Below are positions 32,680-33,791 of a stretch of DNA of 33,791 nucleotides, piece after piece. This stretch comes from an uncultured Gammaproteobacteria bacterium (GTDB lineage Bacteria > Patescibacteriota > Microgenomatia > Daviesbacterales > UBA10151), in NCBI GenBank assembly GCA_964405065.1, contig CAYOMO010000002.1:1-33791 (forward strand), read 5' to 3'. Under the pieces are notes generated by a model. The model did not search any database. It was given only the letters and a program-made list of their open reading frames with translations, and was not told the origin of the DNA. Positions within the stretch are counted from its first letter, which is position 1, and each line of letters opens with the position of its first letter. The translations under genes were made by a program, and so were the position numbers.

Positions 32680-32690
32680 TGATTAGTGAT
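32661..32690. repeat. Perfect heptanucleotide microsatellite (ATTAGTG)x4 plus AT
   Basis: Units at 32661-67, 32668-74, 32675-81 and 32682-88. The array contains the TAG stop (32677-32679) of the upstream GT-C gene and ends 2 nt before ATG 32693. Confidence 0.9.
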
Positions 32691-32692
32691 AT

Positions 32693-33791
32693 ATGTCAAA
32701 AGTTACAAGTTATCTACAAAAAAATTACATTAGTTTTCTTTTACTTGGATTACTAATATTTGTTTATTTTATACTTCGGCTACCAAACCTAACTCTTTTG
32801 CCGGTGTTTGCAGATGAAGCGATTTATATTCGGTGGGCACAGGTGATGAAATCTGAGCCAACTTTGCGATTTTTGCCTATTTCAGATGGTAAAACACCAC
32901 TTTTTATGTGGATCATGATGCCTTTATTTAAAATTTTTGAAGATCCTTTGTATGCTGGCAGAATATTATCGGTAGGAGCTGGGCTTGGTACATTACTTGG
33001 ACTTTTTCTCTTGAGTCAGACATTTCTTTCCAAAAGAGTAGCTCTTTGGACTGCCTTTTTATATGTAATTACGCCTTTTTTCGTTTTTTTTGATCGGATG
33101 GCTTTGGTTGATTCAATGTTAGCCGCCTTTTCAGTCTGGTCGATTTATATAGCATTTTTACTAATTCGTTTTCCTCGTTTTGATTTGGCGATGATTTTAG
33201 GTTATTTTTTAGGAGGAGCTTTGCTTACCAAAACTCCGGCCTTTTTTACTATTTTAACTGTTCCATTTACAGCGCTTATTAGCAACTTAAAATCATCAAA
33301 CAGACAAGGTCGAATTTTAAGATTGGCTTTTTTGTGGTTAATTGCTTTAGGTATTGCGGTGGCAATTTACAATATTTTGCGATTGGGTCCTAGTTTTTCC
33401 AGTTTGAATGCTCGAAACCAGGATTATGTTTTGTCGCCACTGGATATTGTTTTTAGGCCTTGGGATCCATTTTTACCTCATTTAGGAGATCTTTTAGATT
33501 GGTTTCCTACTTTATTGGGGTATGGTTTTTTAATTGTGCTAGGTTGCGGTATAGTTTGGGCTTTTTTGAAAAAGAATCTTTTTTTAATAGCCATTATTCT
33601 GATTAGTTTCGTACCTCTCATTATTGAAATGGCTTTGCTTAGGACTTTTACTGCTAGATATATTTTATTTCCGATCACTTATTTTACTATTTTAGGAGCG
33701 TTTGGTATTGATCAGTTGTTGCTTAAAATTTCCAAGAAAATTTCTGTCACTTTGGCAACTATTGCAATTGGTTTGTTATTGGTAATAGGTC
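32693..33791 (+). CDS. GT-C fold membrane glycosyltransferase (ArnT/PMT_2-like), 3'-truncated by the window edge
   Basis: Not in the ORF track because it has no stop in the window. I translated from ATG 32693 and the frame stays open to the window end: MSKVTSYLQKNYISFLLLG..LPVFADEAIYIRWAQV..DGKTPLFMW..AGRILSV.. with multiple transmembrane spans. Confidence 0.78.
   Translation, partial: MSKVTSYLQKNYISFLLLGLLIFVYFILRLPNLTLLPVFADEAIYIRWAQVMKSEPTLRFLPISDGKTPLFMWIMMPLFKIFEDPLYAGRILSVGAGLGTLLGLFLLSQTFLSKRVALWTAFLYVITPFFVFFDRMALVDSMLAAFSVWSIYIAFLLIRFPRFDLAMILGYFLGGALLTKTPAFFTILTVPFTALISNLKSSNRQGRILRLAFLWLIALGIAVAIYNILRLGPSFSSLNARNQDYVLSPLDIVFRPWDPFLPHLGDLLDWFPTLLGYGFLIVLGCGIVWAFLKKNLFLIAIILISFVPLIIEMALLRTFTARYILFPITYFTILGAFGIDQLLLKISKKISVTLATIAIGLLLVIG

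Noticed and set aside
1-33791. Possible alternative genetic code (UGA reassignment, as in some candidate phyla).
   Set aside because: TGA terminates at least two well-supported genes at the expected length (tsaB-like at 17983-17985, rfbD at 22581-22583). RF2, which reads UGA, is encoded and intact. All conserved genes translate full-length under the standard bacterial code.
1-33791. Mobile elements, prophage remnants, toxin-antitoxin pairs, retrons and DGRs.
   Set aside because: No transposase, integrase, reverse transcriptase, terminal inverted repeats with target duplications, or small paired toxin-antitoxin-like ORFs were seen. The LAGLIDADG-like ORF is the only element with any selfish-DNA flavour, and it appears degenerate.

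Overview
AT-rich, tightly packed bacterial chromosome segment with 36 protein-coding genes. I found no rRNA, tRNA, CRISPR array, transposase or integrase. The gene content (minimal-looking housekeeping genes, many GT-C/GT39-type membrane glycosyltransferases, Pro/Ser/Thr-linker surface protein, CAP-domain protein) suggests a small-genome Patescibacteria/CPR-like or Firmicutes-like monoderm; this is inference only. Nt 1-19200 are housekeeping: secA (5'-truncated), recQ with a single-domain MGMT, dgkA, an EVE protein, tsaE, a half-size tsaB, ftsE-ftsX with a coiled-coil M23 hydrolase, prfB, a MacAB-like ABC exporter with HlyD adaptor, and a CAP-domain protein. Nt 19300-33791 form a cell-envelope glycan island. 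It holds rfbABCD (dTDP-L-rhamnose), gmd plus an rmd-like reductase (GDP-6-deoxyhexose), and three GT2 polyprenyl-phosphate-sugar-synthase-like genes interleaved with four GT-C membrane transferases (a fifth lies at 5762-7291). I see no clearly unprecedented multi-gene system such as a defence or toxin module. The most unusual things visible are: (1) the tandem GT2 + GT-C module array; (2) an apparently circularly permuted LytM/M23 domain in the FtsEX-linked hydrolase; (3) -10 promoter elements 6-9 nt from start codons at most operon heads, with almost no Shine-Dalgarno sequences, implying leaderless mRNAs; (4) recurrent 7-nt-period tandem repeats in intergenic spacers, several next to glycosylation genes; (5) three convergent gene pairs sharing a TTAA double stop. 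All product calls rest on motif recognition by eye, since no searches could be run.
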